Shown: positions 1-13,179 of the stretch, piece after piece
How the letters are laid out: each line of letters opens with the position of its first letter
How positions within the stretch are numbered: the first letter of the stretch is position 1
From: Mobula hypostoma
Lineage: Eukaryota
DNA length: 64,000 bases
Direction of reading: 5' to 3'
Assembly (NCBI RefSeq): GCF_963921235.1
Contig: NC_086097.1
Coordinates: 175,648,001-175,712,000 of the forward strand
The notes under the pieces: generated by a model
Database searches by the model: none
Told to the model about the DNA's origin: nothing
The model's input: only the letters and a program-made list of their open reading frames with translations
Made by a program: the position numbers and the translations under genes

Positions 1-1890
1 GAGTAAGCTCTGCAAAAAATTATCATTATATGATGAAAAATTAACAAAGAAGATTACCAACCTGGAAAGCAGAAACAGAAGGAACAATCTACATATTCTG
101 GGTCTTGAAGAATCAATTAAAGGTGCCCAGCAAACGGAGTTCTTTGCAAGCTTTCTGAAGCAGCTATTCCCTGATTTATTGCCATCTGTGCCTAAGTTGG
201 ACTGCACCCACCGGTCACTGGCCCCCAAATCAAAGTCAGGAGAGCGACCTAGGTCGGTTATTTTACAGTTTCATGAATTTCATACTAAGGAGCTTTTAAG
301 CTGTCATACCCGTCAAATAGGAATGATCAATTACGACGGGAAGATGATCAGATTCGTGGAAGATTATACACCGAAGGTTATGGCTGAAGGTGGCAAGTAT
401 AAAGAGGTCATGTCGCTGCTCTATTACCAAGGGTTTAAGTCCTCCCTTCGCTTCCCCACACTTCTTAGAATCTTTCAGAAAAATGGTGTGCAGAAATGGC
501 TGGGATCGGTTGAACACGCACAGAAGTTTTTGAAAGCAGAAGATTAATTGTGTTATATCTTTTACAAGAGCAATTATCTTTTTAATGTTGGATAGAATAA
601 GGTTTTAATAAACTTGTGTTTTGACCATTTATATATCTTGTTTTTGATATTTTCTTTGATATTTATTACTTTTTTTGAGCTTTTTCTATATACATTTGTT
701 TTTGAAATTGTTAAAATGAATCCTCATGTTTTAGATTTCTGATCTAAGTTTTTTTTGCCTGTTTTGTCTTGGTAGGAACATAATAACCTTGAATGATTGG
801 AGTTTTGCCAGCAGGATTTCTTTGGGAGGGTTGTCTTTAGGGTTTAGCATGCCGACTGTCCTTTGGCCGGCTTTTTGGCTTTGGGAGGGGGAGGAGGGTG
901 GGGTCTCTTTTTTCTTTTTTCTCTGGGAGCTGTTTGGGCTACCATCAAAATTTTCTGTTTGAGTACCTTATTTTATGGTTCGTTCTCTGGTTCTAATAAT
1001 TTATGGTCAGATCTTTTAACTCTTCTGTTAATTAGTATTTAAAATGGATCGAAATATTAATTTACGTAGTTTTAATGTGCAGGGGTTAAATCATCCTGTG
1101 AAACAGAATAAGATTTTTGCTTATATTAAAAAGTTAAGGGCCCCCATTATTTTTCTACAAGAAACGCATGTATGTAGTTGTGACAATGCACGCCATTTTA
1201 ATCGGTGGAGGGTCTACAATTTCATTCTTCATTCAGAGAAAAATCTTGAGGGGTCTCGATTTTTATAGACAATACAATTTATTTTCTCCAACATAAAGTT
1301 GTGTCTGACACTAATGGGCGATTTGTTATAGTGTCAGGGAAACTAGATAATAAATTAATTGTATTTGCTAATGTGTACGCCCCCAATGTGGATGACCCAG
1401 GATTTTTTGAGTGTTTCTTTTCATTCCTGCCGTATTTGAGTCTTTATTCTTTAGTGATGGGAGGAGATTTTCCAGACCCAGTATTAGATTGTTCTTCTCT
1501 TAAATCAGCCACACCTAATAAATCAGCTTTATTTATTCAATCCTTTCTAACGAAATGTGATATTGTTAATGTCTGGTGTTTTTTTCACCCAGCAGAAAGG
1601 GAGTATTCATTCTTCTCTCATGTCCATCATTCCAATACCAGGATTTTTTTTTTATTGATAGTCAAATAATTCCATTAATTTGATCCATTGAATATAAAGA
1701 AATAGCTGTATCCGACCATTCTCCTGTATTTCTATCTTTAAATCTTCCTGGTTTCACTCATATGAACAGATCCTGGCGTTTTAATTTACCTTTGTTATCT
1801 AATAAGGATCTCTAAAGTTTCTGGAGAATCAAATTACTTTTTTTTTGAAGAAAATGCGTTGGAAGAGACTTCCAGTCTTATCATTTGGGA

Positions 1891-3090
1891 CAATAGACAA
1901 TAGGTGCAGGAGTAGGCCATTTAGCCCTTCGAGCCAGCACCATTCACTGTGATCATGGCTGATCATCCACAATTAGTACCTTGTTCCTGCCTTGTCCCCC
2001 ATATCCCTTGACTCCAGTATCTTTGAGCTCTATCTACTCTTTCTTGAAAGAATCCAGAGAATTGGCCTCCACTGCCTTCTGAAGCAGAGCATTCCACAGA
2101 TCCACAGCTCTGGGTGAAAAAGTTTTTCTTCAACTCCGTTCTAAATGGCCTACCCCTTATTCTTAAACTGTGTCCTCTGGTTCTGGACTCCCCCAACATC
2201 GGGAACATGTCTCCTGCCTCTAACGTGTCCAATCCCTTAATAATCTTGTATGTTTCAATCAGATCCCCTCTCATCCTTCTAAATTCCAGTGTATACAAGC
2301 CCATTCGCTCCAATCTTTCAACAATGACAGTCCCGCCATCCCGGGAATTAACCTCGTGAACCTATGCTGCACTCCCTCAATAGCAAGAATGGCCTTCCTC
2401 AAATTCGTGACCAAAACTGCACACAATACTCAGGTGTGGTCTCACCAGGGCCCTGCAGAAGGACCTCTTTGCTCCTGTACTCAACTCCCCTTGTTATGAA
2501 GGCCAACATGCCAATAGCTTTCTTCACTGCCTCCTGTACCTGCATGCTTACTTTCAGTGACTGATGAACAGGGACACCTAGATCTCGTTGTACTTTCCCT
2601 TTTCCTAACTTGACACCATTGGGATAGTAATCTGCCTTCCTGTTCTTGCCACCAAAGTGGATAACCTCACATTTATCCGTATTAAACTGCATCTGCCCAC
2701 TCACCCAACCTGTCCAAGGTCACCCTGCATTCTCATAATATCCTCTTCACATCTCACACTGCCACCCAGCTTTGTGTCATCTGCAAATTTGCTAATGTTA
2801 CTTTTAATCCCTTCATCTAAATCATTAATGTATATTGTAAATAGCTGCGGTCCCAGCACCAAGCCTTGCGGTACCCCACTAGTCACTGCCTGCAATTCTG
2901 AAAGGAACCCGTTAATCCCTACTCTTTGTTTCCTGTCTGCCAACCAATCTTCTATCCATGTCAGTACCCTACCCTCAATAACGTGCACTCCAATTTTGCC
3001 CACTAATCTCCTATGTGGGACCTTATCAAAGGCTTTCTGAAAGTCCAGGTACACTACATCCACTGGCTCTTTCTTGTCCATTTTCATAGT
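1891..3090 (-). mobile_element. 5'-truncated CR1 LINE inserted in L1 ORF2
   Basis: Minus-strand VDVVYLDFQKAFDKVPH, SGVPQG, KFADDTKLGG, EYCVQFWS, RGDLIETYKI; 3' tail (CTATTGT)n. The L1 frame IIWD|TFKAYIRG rejoins across it. Confidence 0.92.
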
Positions 3091-5485
3091 TACTTTTAAG
3101 GCATATATTAGAGGACAAATTATCTCCTATACTGCATATATAAAGAAAAAGCTAATAGAGAGAGAGCTGACTTAGTTAATCAATTAAAGCAATTAGACTA
3201 GAAATATGTTTTGGCACCAGACCCTGAACTATACAGAAGACGTATTGAAATTAAAACTAAATATGATCTTCTTGTAACGCATCCAACTGAAAGACAACTT
3301 TTAAAAGATAGAAGCCAATTCTACATACATGGAGGAAAAACTGGTAAACTATTGGCTAATCATTGAAGACCCTTATAGCTAAACGGCAAATTAAAGAAAT
3401 TCACAAACCCAATGGTGATTTGACAACTGACCATTTTGAAATAAATGACACTTTTAGAGAATTTTATTCTAAACTGTATAGTTCTGATTTTGTTTAAGAT
3501 AATACTGCAATGAACAATTTCTTAGACCAATTAAATATTCCTGGACTTTTGGTTGATAATCAAAAGCAGTTGGATCAACCTATTTCTCGGGAGGAAATCA
3601 CTGAGGCTATACATTCATTGCATTCTGGGAAATCTCCAAGACCTGACGGATTCTCTGGAGAATTTTATAAGGCTTTTTCTTCATTGCTTATACCTTATTT
3701 ATGTTCTGCCCTTACTGATTGCTTCAAGGTGGGTAGATTGCCACAGTCTTTTTATGAAGCTTCCATTTCGCTTATTCTTAAAAAGAATAAGAATCCCACT
3801 GAATGCTCTTCATATAGACCAATCTCTTTACTCACTGTTGATGCTGAGATCCTATCTAAAGTTTTGGCCCGTAGACTCAAGAATATTATACCTTCTATAA
3901 TATCTGATGATCAGACAGGATTTATTAAAGATCAATATTCCCATTTTAATATGCAGCGATTGTTAAATGTTATGCATTCTCTATCCAAGGAAATATTGGA
4001 ATGTGTGATTTCTCTGGTTGCGGAGAAGGCCTTTGACCGAGTTGAATGGAATTACCTATTTAAAACCTTAGAAAAATTTATTTTTGGGCCCAATTTTATT
4101 CTTTGGATTAAATTACTTATCTCCCTCTGCTCGGGTCCTTACTTTCAGAATTCTAAACCAATTAAACTCCATCGTGGAACCAGATGATGTCTGTTGAGCC
4201 CTTTGCTTTTTGATTTGGTATTAGAACCTTTAGCAATTGCCTTTCGAGCGTGTAAAGATATCACTGGTATCTTAAGGAAAGGTGCTATTCATAAAGTCTC
4301 GCTTTATGCTGATGACCTATTGCTTTTTATATCTAATGTTACAACTTCCTTACCCTCTGTTTCTTTTACTGACTAATTTTAGTCAGTTTTCACGATATAA
4401 ATTGTAATTACATAAGATTGAATTGTTTCCTTTAAATAATTTGATACCAACCGATATTGACCTTACTTTTAAAATTGTAAGAAAACTATTTACATATTTG
4501 GGTGTAACAATCACTTAGAATTATAAAGATCTATTCAAAGAAAATTTTCTGACCTTAATGAATTATGTGAAAAAGACACTTCCTGATTGGTCGCCTCTCT
4601 CTTTATCATTGATTGGACAAATAATTCTGTTAAAATGAATATTTTACCTAATTTTATATACCTTTTTTCAAGCCGTACCTGTTTTTATTCTTTTTTTTTG
4701 ATTCTTTAGATTCAATTCATTCTTCCTATATATGGAAGAACAGAAAACCCCAATTAAGTAAAGCACACCTTCAAAAAATTAAAAAGAATGGAGGCCTTGC
4801 TCTACCCAATTTTGGGTTATATTATTGGGCAATTAGCATGCGAAATCTTACGTTCTGGTTATATTATATTAATTGTGAGGATTGTCCAATGTGGGTCTTT
4901 TTGGAAGACAACTCTTTTACGAAATTTTCTATTATTTCTCTTCTTGGATCCACTCTTCCTTTATCTTTAAATAAATTAACTGACAGTTTGGTAGTTAAAC
5001 ACACTTTGAGGAACTGGCTACAGTTTAGAAAACATTTTGGTTTATTGAGATTTTCCCTTTCTAGTCCTATTTTTTTCTAATTTTTTTTAAACTGTCTACG
5101 GCTGATCTGTTTTTTAGAGAATGGGATAGATTAGGCATTAAACGATTTCAGGATTTGTTTGTTGGAGGGATTCTTCTTTTGAGCAGTTCTCAGTGAAATA
5201 TAACCTATCAAATACCCACTTTTTTCAATATCTACAGATTTAGAGATTTTTTAAGATCTAAACTACATATTTTTCCTACCAGCCCAGATAAGAACATAAT
5301 AGAAGTATTTTTTAATTTGAAACCTTTTGATAATGGGTCAATATCTTATATTTATGGTCTGTTGTTGGGACTGAGAATGGCTCCTTTAGACAAAATTAAA
5401 AAAGATTGGGAAAAGGATTTACAGACTTCATTATCTGATGAGACCTGGAGGACTATTTTCAAAATGGTTAATTCTTCATCTTTAT

Positions 5486-6448
5486 CCAGTGACTTCATCC
5501 AGTGCGCATGTGCCGGTTGTGCATGCAGCCTGTTACAGCCGTTCCAACTAGTTTTCTTACTTTTTTAACTTGCGTTATTTGCTGTTTCTTTTTCATGGTA
5601 ACACGTTGAAGCTGCACCCTCTCTAACATGCTGATGGAGAGAGTTTTATTTGGGTTTTTAGCGCTGGAAATAGTTACATTCGGACACATCTCATTAGCGG
5701 GGCAGCAGTATGGTCGAATTGTTTATTCCAGGGACCAGCTGATTGCGCTTATGCCGGCCGGTTTAGCGAACAGAGCGGCGGACACCCCGGCTGAAATCTG
5801 GAGGAAAACACACAGAGGATGTAGAGGGGGATCAAAAAGGCGAGGAAAGAGCACCGGGTCGAGACAACACAGACTTATGGAGAAGAGGAGTTCGGTGGAT
5901 AATAAAATGGACGAGTTGACGGCGTTAGCCAGGAGTCAGAGAACATTTTGGGAGAGCAGTGTTATGTGTTTTACTGAAACGTGGCTGCATGTTGACATAC
6001 CTGACCAAAACTTTTCCATGGAGGGCTTCCAGACCGTTCGGGCTGATGGGAAGTGCACTGAGAGCGGTAATCGTAAAGGAGTTGGGGGCTTGCTGTTCTG
6101 GTTAACAACGGATAGTGCAATCCTGGTCATATTACGATCGAGGAATGTGTTTGTAGCCCGGATATTGAACTTTTTGCTGTAGGTCTCCGGCCATATTCCA
6201 CCGAGATACAACACTGGGCGTCATGGGAGATTGTTCCTACCTATGGCCATCGAACTTTGCAGCTCCTCCCGTGGAGGGTCAGACACCCTGAGCCAATAGG
6301 CTGGTCCTGGACTTATTTCCATCTGGCATAGTTTGCATATTGTTGTTTGATTGTTTGTGGTTTTTGTGTTACTATATTTATGCTCTATTCTTGGTTGGTG
6401 CAGCTGTACAAAACTCAATTTCCCTCGGGATCAATAAAATATGTCTAT
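5486..6448 (+). mobile_element. Internally deleted Rex1/Babar-type LINE (5' UTR and APE N-terminus fused to the 3' end)
   Basis: YSRDQLIAL..RGCRGG..NKMDEL..CFTETWL..GLRPY joins directly to a terminal RLFLPMAI-like segment, 3'UTR, AATAAA and ATGTCT tail. The L1 frame NSSSL|CARHSLLQFK rejoins across it. Confidence 0.75.
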
Positions 6449-7249
6449 GTGCTCGTCATTCCCTCCTACAATTTAAAGTGGTACATAGAGCTCATATGTC
6501 TAAAGACAAGCTCTCTCGTTTTTTTTTCAGATGTATCTCCTTATTTTGACAGATGTAATAATGGAGAGGCTTCATTAATTCATGCGTTTTGGTCATGTTC
6601 GAACCTTGAAAAATATTGGAAAGATGTATTCCAAACTTTTTCTGTACTTTTTAAAGTTAATTTTAAGCCCAATCCTTTGACTGCCTTATTTGGTATTGTT
6701 GAGGCAAGAGCTTTAATTTTGGAGCCTTCTCATTTGTGGGTACTGGCTTTTATTTCTCTTATGGCTAGGAGGGCGATCTTGCTTAAATGGAAGGAGGTTG
6801 CCCCCCCTACACATGCTCAATGGTTATGTCATGTTTAAATTTAGAGAAGATTCGTTGTTCGATTTCTGATTATAATCAAGATTTTCAAATGCTATGGGGA
6901 CCCTTTCAGAACTATTTTGAAAATCTTTGAATTGTTATTAAAATATAGATCTGGACTATTATTATAAAACACCATTATAAAGTACTTTTTTTCCTCTTTT
7001 TTTAACCAACCAGCTTTGTCTTGGTAGTGGGTGTAGATTTTTTTATAATTAACCATATTATTGTATTTCATAATTCAATTTATTTTATTTGATTGATCAT
7101 GAATGTGGGATACCGTGATTGTGTCAGTGTGATTTATATATAGTGCATTTTGTGCTGCCTTATTTTGATTTATAACAAGTATCCTAGTATCCTTATGAAT
7201 TCTGTATTTGTGTATATAAAATTTAACAAAAATATTGGGGGGGGGGGAA

Positions 7250-8200
7250 AGCTGGGAAATTTATAGGGTAAATTATTGGAAGGTGTTATAAAGGACAACA
7301 TACTTAAGTATTTGGATAGGTGGCCTGATTAGGGATAGCCAACGTGGCTTTGTGTGTGTGGCAGGTCATATGTAACTAATCTTAGTTTTTGTGGGGTTTC
7401 TGAGGAAGGTTAGTGAAGGCAAGGTGAGGTTATATCACTTTCAGGGTGAAGTAGTAATTGAATTCAATGTTTGCTTAGCAGGAGAAGCCGGAAAATGAAA
7501 GCAAGTGGTCGTCATTGATTAGAGGCCTGTGCTGTGCCGCAGGGATCAGTATTGTTTGTCCCCTATATTAACGATTTGGTTGATATGACAAACTGGATCA
7601 GCAAACTTGTTGATAACATCACAAGATATTGGGGGTGTAGTGCACAGTAGGTAAGGCTATCAAAGCTTGCAAAGTGATTTGGACCAATTGGGTAAATGGG
7701 CTGGAAAAATGGCAGATAGGATTTAATGGAGACAAGTGTGAGTATTGTCCTTTGGGAGAGCAAACCAGGGATAAGACTTGCACTGTGTATGGCATGGTAT
7801 GGCATTATGGAGTGCAATAGAATAAAGGGACCTGGGAATACAGATCCATAACTCCTTGACAATTCCTTCATAAATCAGGGCATTGAGCACAGGGGTTGGA
7901 ATGTTATGTTGAAGTTATACAATGTGTTTGGTATGCAGTTCTGGTTATCTCCCTACAGGAACAATAACTTGACAGTACAGAAAACTTCCATTGATGTTGC
8001 CAGGACTTGAGGACCTGAGTTACATGGAGAGGTTCAATAGGTCAGGATTTTATTCCCTAAAGCACAGGAGAATAAGATTGAGGTCTTTTAGGAGTATACA
8101 AAATTGAGGGGAATTGATACGGTGAATGCTTGCAGGCTTTTTTCCGTAAGAAGGACATCAGAGTAGATGGTCAGTATCTTTTTTTCAGGTCATGAGTGAA
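7250..8200 (+). mobile_element. Old degenerate CR1 RT/3' fragment
   Basis: Decayed CR1 motifs (attagggatagccaacgtggctttgtg; gctggaaaaatggcagatag; tatgcagttctgg). Confidence 0.75.
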
Positions 8201-8568
8201 ATCAAATTTTTCAAAATGGGGTAACAGTTTGAGCTGAAAAGCAAGTTAGTGAAGGAAAATAATATTGGAATGAAGGAACAAAAAGAAAATAAAATACTAA
8301 AGATAAATACCGCAAGAGTTTTTGTTGGTTTATGTGATTATTCATGAACTGAACGATAATGCAAAAAAAATTGTTATTAGATTTTAAAAGAAATATTCTG
8401 TTCATAATGTCATTTTCTTCCCTGTGTTTTTGATGTTCAAGTGGAAACAACTTTTGTACTTGCACAACTTTTAGCTTAATATCTGCGCATATTTAAATTC
8501 AATTATTTGTGCACAGAGGCATTTGCTTAACTCTTGTTAAGAATGTTGTTTTTTCCCCCGTTCCACAG

Positions 8569-8658
8569 TTTGTGTTTAGTACCAGTTACCCTTGTTCTTT
8601 TCAACTGCTGTCAGATTGAAGTGGACATTATCGTTGATCTTCGGCACAAGGCCACAAG
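8569..8658 (+). CDS. TRAPPC8: TRAPPC8 penultimate coding exon (90 nt, phase 2/2)
   Basis: Polypyrimidine tract + CAG acceptor (8566-8568) and GTAAGG donor at 8659. Translates (S)LCLVPVTLVLFNCCQIEVDIIVDLRHKAT(S), resembling the recalled vertebrate TRAPPC8 SLCLVPVTLLLSNCS..VDVIVDLRHKTTS; phase matches the next exon. Confidence 0.9.
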
Positions 8659-8934
8659 GTAAGGTCACACTCTGCAAACACTCTATTTGGCTAAGAGTCG
8701 CTTGACGTTTTTCCACGTTATTGTTTGAGTGAGATGCCACATTGGAGATATTTTGGTCTAATGATTCAAAGCACGTGGATACAATTCAGACTTTGACAGC
8801 AGGAATTTGGAAGTAAGGCTGGAGCAATAACATATCCAAAATTTTGTTTGAAAACTCAGTTCACTAATAACAGTTTGGAAATGTGCTGTGTATTGTTGTC
8901 CACTTTGTAATTTATTGATATACATTATAATTAT

Positions 8935-9205
8935 AATCCCAGGGTGAAATGGCTAATACAAGAGGGCATAATTTTAAGGTGAGTAGAGGGGGGTGTCAGA
9001 AATAGGTTTTGCTTTAGAGCAGTGAGTATGTGGCACATGCTGCCAGGAGTGGTGGTGATGCAGACACATGAGACATTTAAGAGTCTCTTAAATAGGCACA
9101 TAGATGAAAGAAAAATGGAGGGCTATCTGAAGAGTTAGATTGATCTTGGAGTAAGTTAAAAGGTGGGGAAAACATTGTGGGCTGAAGGGCCTGTACTGTT
9201 CTAAG
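8935..9205 (+). mobile_element. CR1 3'-end fragment
   Basis: Typical CR1 3' sequence (ggctaatacaagagggcataattttaaggt ... acattgtgggctgaagggcctgtactgttct). Confidence 0.7.
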
Positions 9206-11996
9206 TTTCATTATCTCAAGGTTTCTATCTAGGAGTCCATTCATAACGTGAAGAACTTGTATGAAGCTTCTCAACTTTTAAAATTTTACCTTTTGTGTTT
9301 CTGCTTATTCTCAGTGTTAGTAGGATACAGTGGTCTGAATCTACTTTTCCATCCAGTTTGCCAAATTTATCATGTGGCTAAATGGGCAGGCATTTTCCAA
9401 GCCAGGTCATGCATTCCAGTGCCACTCCATTAGCTTGAGCAAACAGAGAGAATGCTGCACTGGCTGTGACTCTGATAGATGTTTAGTTAAGCCCCTTGTC
9501 CATTCGTGAGGGTAAATGCACCATTTCAAAGACAAATGGCAGTTATCCTTGGTACTCTGACCAATATTTTCACTCCAATCAACACTTATAGGTAATTGTT
9601 TGGTCACAATTCCAGAGCTTCCAGTGCATGAGCATAAGTACCATACCCATGACAGTACAGCACTGATGGCACTTCAAAAGTACTTTGGTGCCTTTTGGAC
9701 TGTTTCAAATTTGAACGCAATATAAATATCACCTTTGTTTCCTGTCTTACCTGCTATATCCCCCACCCTCCCATTACTAGTGGTTCCTTTTCTCCTCCAT
9801 CCCTGTGGCTGCTAAACACACCTTCCTTGAATCAGAACATAAATAGGGAGGTGTAGCGCCCATTGTATTTACTGTTATTTAGTGAGATCTTGTTTGATCT
9901 TTTACCTTGGCACCACTGGCCCACACCCAAAGATTTCACTGATATTTGGGACCATCGTCCTTTCCTACTACCCACTTTGAAGTGCTTTGAGCCTCCCTTC
10001 CCCCTTTTTCTCTGGCTTCCCTTTTGTTTCTGGTTCTCCCCTGCCGCCTCCTCACCCAGTTGTTTTCTCTCTTTCTATGTTGAACTTGTGTTCCTAAATA
10101 TTTCAACTATTTTAATATAAATATAATATCTTAAACACTCCTATTCTCTGCACTCATCTAAAAGCAGGTGAAATTTTGCTATTTTCCTAGATTTGTTCTT
10201 CATGCCCTATAATGCATGACTGTCAATGGCTGACTAACTACAAAGCCTCTTCAATCTGACAGCTTGAATTCAATTCACTGGCCATTCAAGACTCTAGAGC
10301 TGGTGCATAAATTCAGATTTTGTTCTACCCTTTGCCCAGCTTCATTGTACTTTATCCTCAGTGGATATCACCACTGCTAATCATCTTCCGTTTCTTTTTA
10401 GTTTTAATTGTTGATAACTATTAACTACCTCTGAAATTCATTTTCTATTGGGGGACCATGCATGTACTCCAGAGTAAGTGTAAAGCTTAAGACCCAGCCT
10501 CCTGGAACTGATCAATGTCATGATGGTATGCTTACAGTGCACACTATCATTGCTCAAAAGACCCAGTCCTGAGATCTTCCATTCCATTGTTTCACATGGG
10601 AATCCTGGAGTTGCTGTAAGCAATATCTTGGTCCTCTACAGTCTGTGCTGTTGCACTCTTCACATGCATGGTAACAATCAGTCATTTGATGTGAAGTACA
10701 ACTTTATGTTGAACATAGAACAGTGCAATACAGGGGCAGGTCCTTCAGTTCACTTTTGCTGAATTTAAACTAGAAATTAAATGCTTCGCTTTCAAAGCCA
10801 AGCATTGTGAGCATGCTATGTTGGCACAGGAATATATGGCAGAAGTTGTGGGCACATCCTTAGTTGTTAACACAAATGACATATAACATTGTTTGTTTCA
10901 ATGTACATGTGATAAATCTGAATCTGAGCAAACTAATTCCTTCTGCCTATACAGTGGCCACATTCCTCCATCCTCTGCATACCTCTTACATGCCTATATT
11001 GTATTCCTCCACCACCACCTTTGGCAACGCATTCCAGGCTACTGTTTTTTAAAGAAAACTTGTCTCACATCTTTTTAAACTTTCCCCTCATTTATTTACT
11101 AAAGATATTTCACCCTTGTTGAATAGGTATACCTGTATGTCTATAGTATGTTCTCAATTACAGCTGAACAATCTCTGGCTCTACAGCCTATTACAGATTG
11201 GATTCGGTGGGCCATTTGGCTCACTAAGCACATGCTGGTCATCAGGTACCCATTTGCACTAATCCTATACAAATTCCACTTTATCCTTTCCTATTCCTAC
11301 CTACTGCTCCCAGATATTGACATTTACAGTAGGGTCAATTTGCAGTGACAAATTTTGACAGCAGCTCACACGTTACTGAGATGTGGTAATCAGAGCACCC
11401 AGAAAAACCCTGCATGATGATGGAGAGAATGTGAAAACTCCACCTGGATAACATCAGAGGTCAGGATCGAGCCTACGTCGCTGGTGCTGAGTGACAGACT
11501 GGTCAATTTCTTTGACTGCTCAGTGTGTGCTGTTTTCAGACCCCTGCCAGATCTGGTCGCATTGGGAAGGGGAAAATTAGCACCACTGCCAAGAGAATCG
11601 TTGGGGCAGCTGTCATCAGTCAACAATCAGCGTCACAGTCATACAACACAGAAATGGGCCCTTCAGCCCAACTGGTCCATGCCACCCAAGATTCCCATCT
11701 TAGCTGGTCCCATTTACCCATGTTTGACCCAAATCCTGTAGCTGTGTAGTAATGTTAACGTACCTGCTTCTACCTCATGTCAGTACATTCCATATATTGA
11801 CCACTTTCTGGCCAAAAAGTTGCCCTTCAGGTTCCTTTTAAATTTCTCCTCTCTCAACTTAAGCCTGTGCCCTCTTAGTTCTTTATTCTCCAATGCTCTC
11901 CTTCATTTCTGACAGAGATTATCATAGCAGCCGTGTTTCCCTAAAGGAGAAGAGAAGGCCTGTCTTTTATCAGTATATTTTTCTCCTTCCTTGCAG

Positions 11997-12231
11997 CCCG
12001 GAAATGCTGGAGGTTCACGGTTCTTTCACGTGGCTTGGGCAGACTCAGTACAAATTCCAGCTGAAAGGGCAGGAGGTCCACACAGTTCCACTGAAGGCTT
12101 GTTTCATCCACGCTGGGGTGTACAACCTCGGCACTCCCCGGGTCTTTGCCAAACTGGCTGATCAGAGCGTGCAGTGTGAAACCAGCCAGCAGAACACCAC
12201 TCCAGCCCTGATCATCATCAACAGTGTCTGA
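11997..12231 (+). CDS. TRAPPC8: TRAPPC8 terminal coding exon
   Basis: Acceptor ttctccttccttgcag|C at 11996/11997. Encodes SPEMLEVHGSFTWLGQTQYKFQLKGQEVHTVPLKACFIHAGVYNLGTPRVFAKLADQSVQCETSQQNTTPALIIINSV*, matching the recalled TRAPPC8 C-terminus. Confidence 0.95.
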
Positions 12232-13130
12232 TAGTCATGAATCTCAGATGGAATCAGAATGGTCATTCTCTTTTGTAGCTATGTTTTCGAGATATCCTGC
12301 AGTTCTACTTTGCACCTTAAATTCAGAACTAATGAGAAAATTGTACAGTTTGGATGAGGGGTAATTGGGAGGGGGAACACAGCTTAAAACAGACTCAAAA
12401 TTATTTTTTAAGTCTTTCACAATAAAAGGCACTCTGTGTATTCTCTGTATGTAATATGGGTTTGAATATATTTATCATTCACCTCTGCTTATAGTTGGAC
12501 CTATTTTTTTTAATGTGAGCATTGGGTACAAGTTGGGGCATCTGTTAGTAAATGCTTTGTTTTAAAACGCTGTCACCTATTCCAGCACATCTGAAAGGCT
12601 GGGGGCGTTTGCATCTTTGGCTTAATTTGTCAGCCTCATGTCCTTGGTGACTGAACCGAAAGGTGTTGATCACTCGGGTATAGTTTGTGGTGGGAGGTCG
12701 GTATGCATTAATTGCACGAACTAACAATTCACTGCTACAACAAATTTCCAAATCAATTGTTTTGTGCTCAACCTTTTGAAGTATAAATTTAAATATTGCT
12801 TGATGTCTTGGATTTTTGCCCCTTTTTACCTCCTGACGCAATTCTTACTATCTCAGGTTTACAACAAGCTGAATAATGGAGCAAGTATCTATTTTGATTT
12901 TTCTCTCGGTTTGTTTTAATTCAATTGAAAGTTTGTCTTTTTCCACAGCCACAGGGTGTCATGTGAAGTGGATCCAGCTAGCTACATTATAATGGAACTT
13001 TGCAAATTCAATGTGTTATTTAATGTGTAACAAACTTAAATGAAAACAAATGTCTTTTCAAGAAATGATGTATTATATTTATAGGTAATGTCTGTAAATA
13101 GAATAAAACATAACCCATACAAAAATGTTT
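12232..13130 (+). other. TRAPPC8: Putative TRAPPC8 3'UTR with poly(A) signals at 12421-12426 and 13102-13107
   Basis: AT-rich sequence with no recognisable TE after the stop codon, two AATAAA hexamers, and a GU-rich tract after the distal one. Confidence 0.6.
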
Positions 13131-13179
13131 GCTTCTGGCTGCTTTGTATTTTGATAACTTTAACTCATAAACAATATCT

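Larger units (their letters stand above)
1..7236 (+). mobile_element. Degenerate L1-clade LINE (ORF1 remnant 1-547; ORF2 APE-RT-CCHC remnants ~1044-6930) in a TRAPPC8 intron, interrupted by CR1 and Rex1 insertions
   Basis: ORF1-like HRSLAPK...PRSVILQF...EDYT; APE SFNVQGLNHPVK...FLQETH and NVYAPN; RT KSPRPDGF, YRPISLL, DQTGF, EKAFDRVEW, LYADD; C-terminal RC..EASLIHAFWSC. Many stops and frameshifts; the 5' end runs off the window. Confidence 0.93.

Noticed and set aside
11893..11996. N-terminal part of the 112-aa ORF as coding sequence
   Set aside because: It is intronic; TRAPPC8 similarity starts at the AG acceptor (11995-11996), in phase with the 8569-8658 exon.
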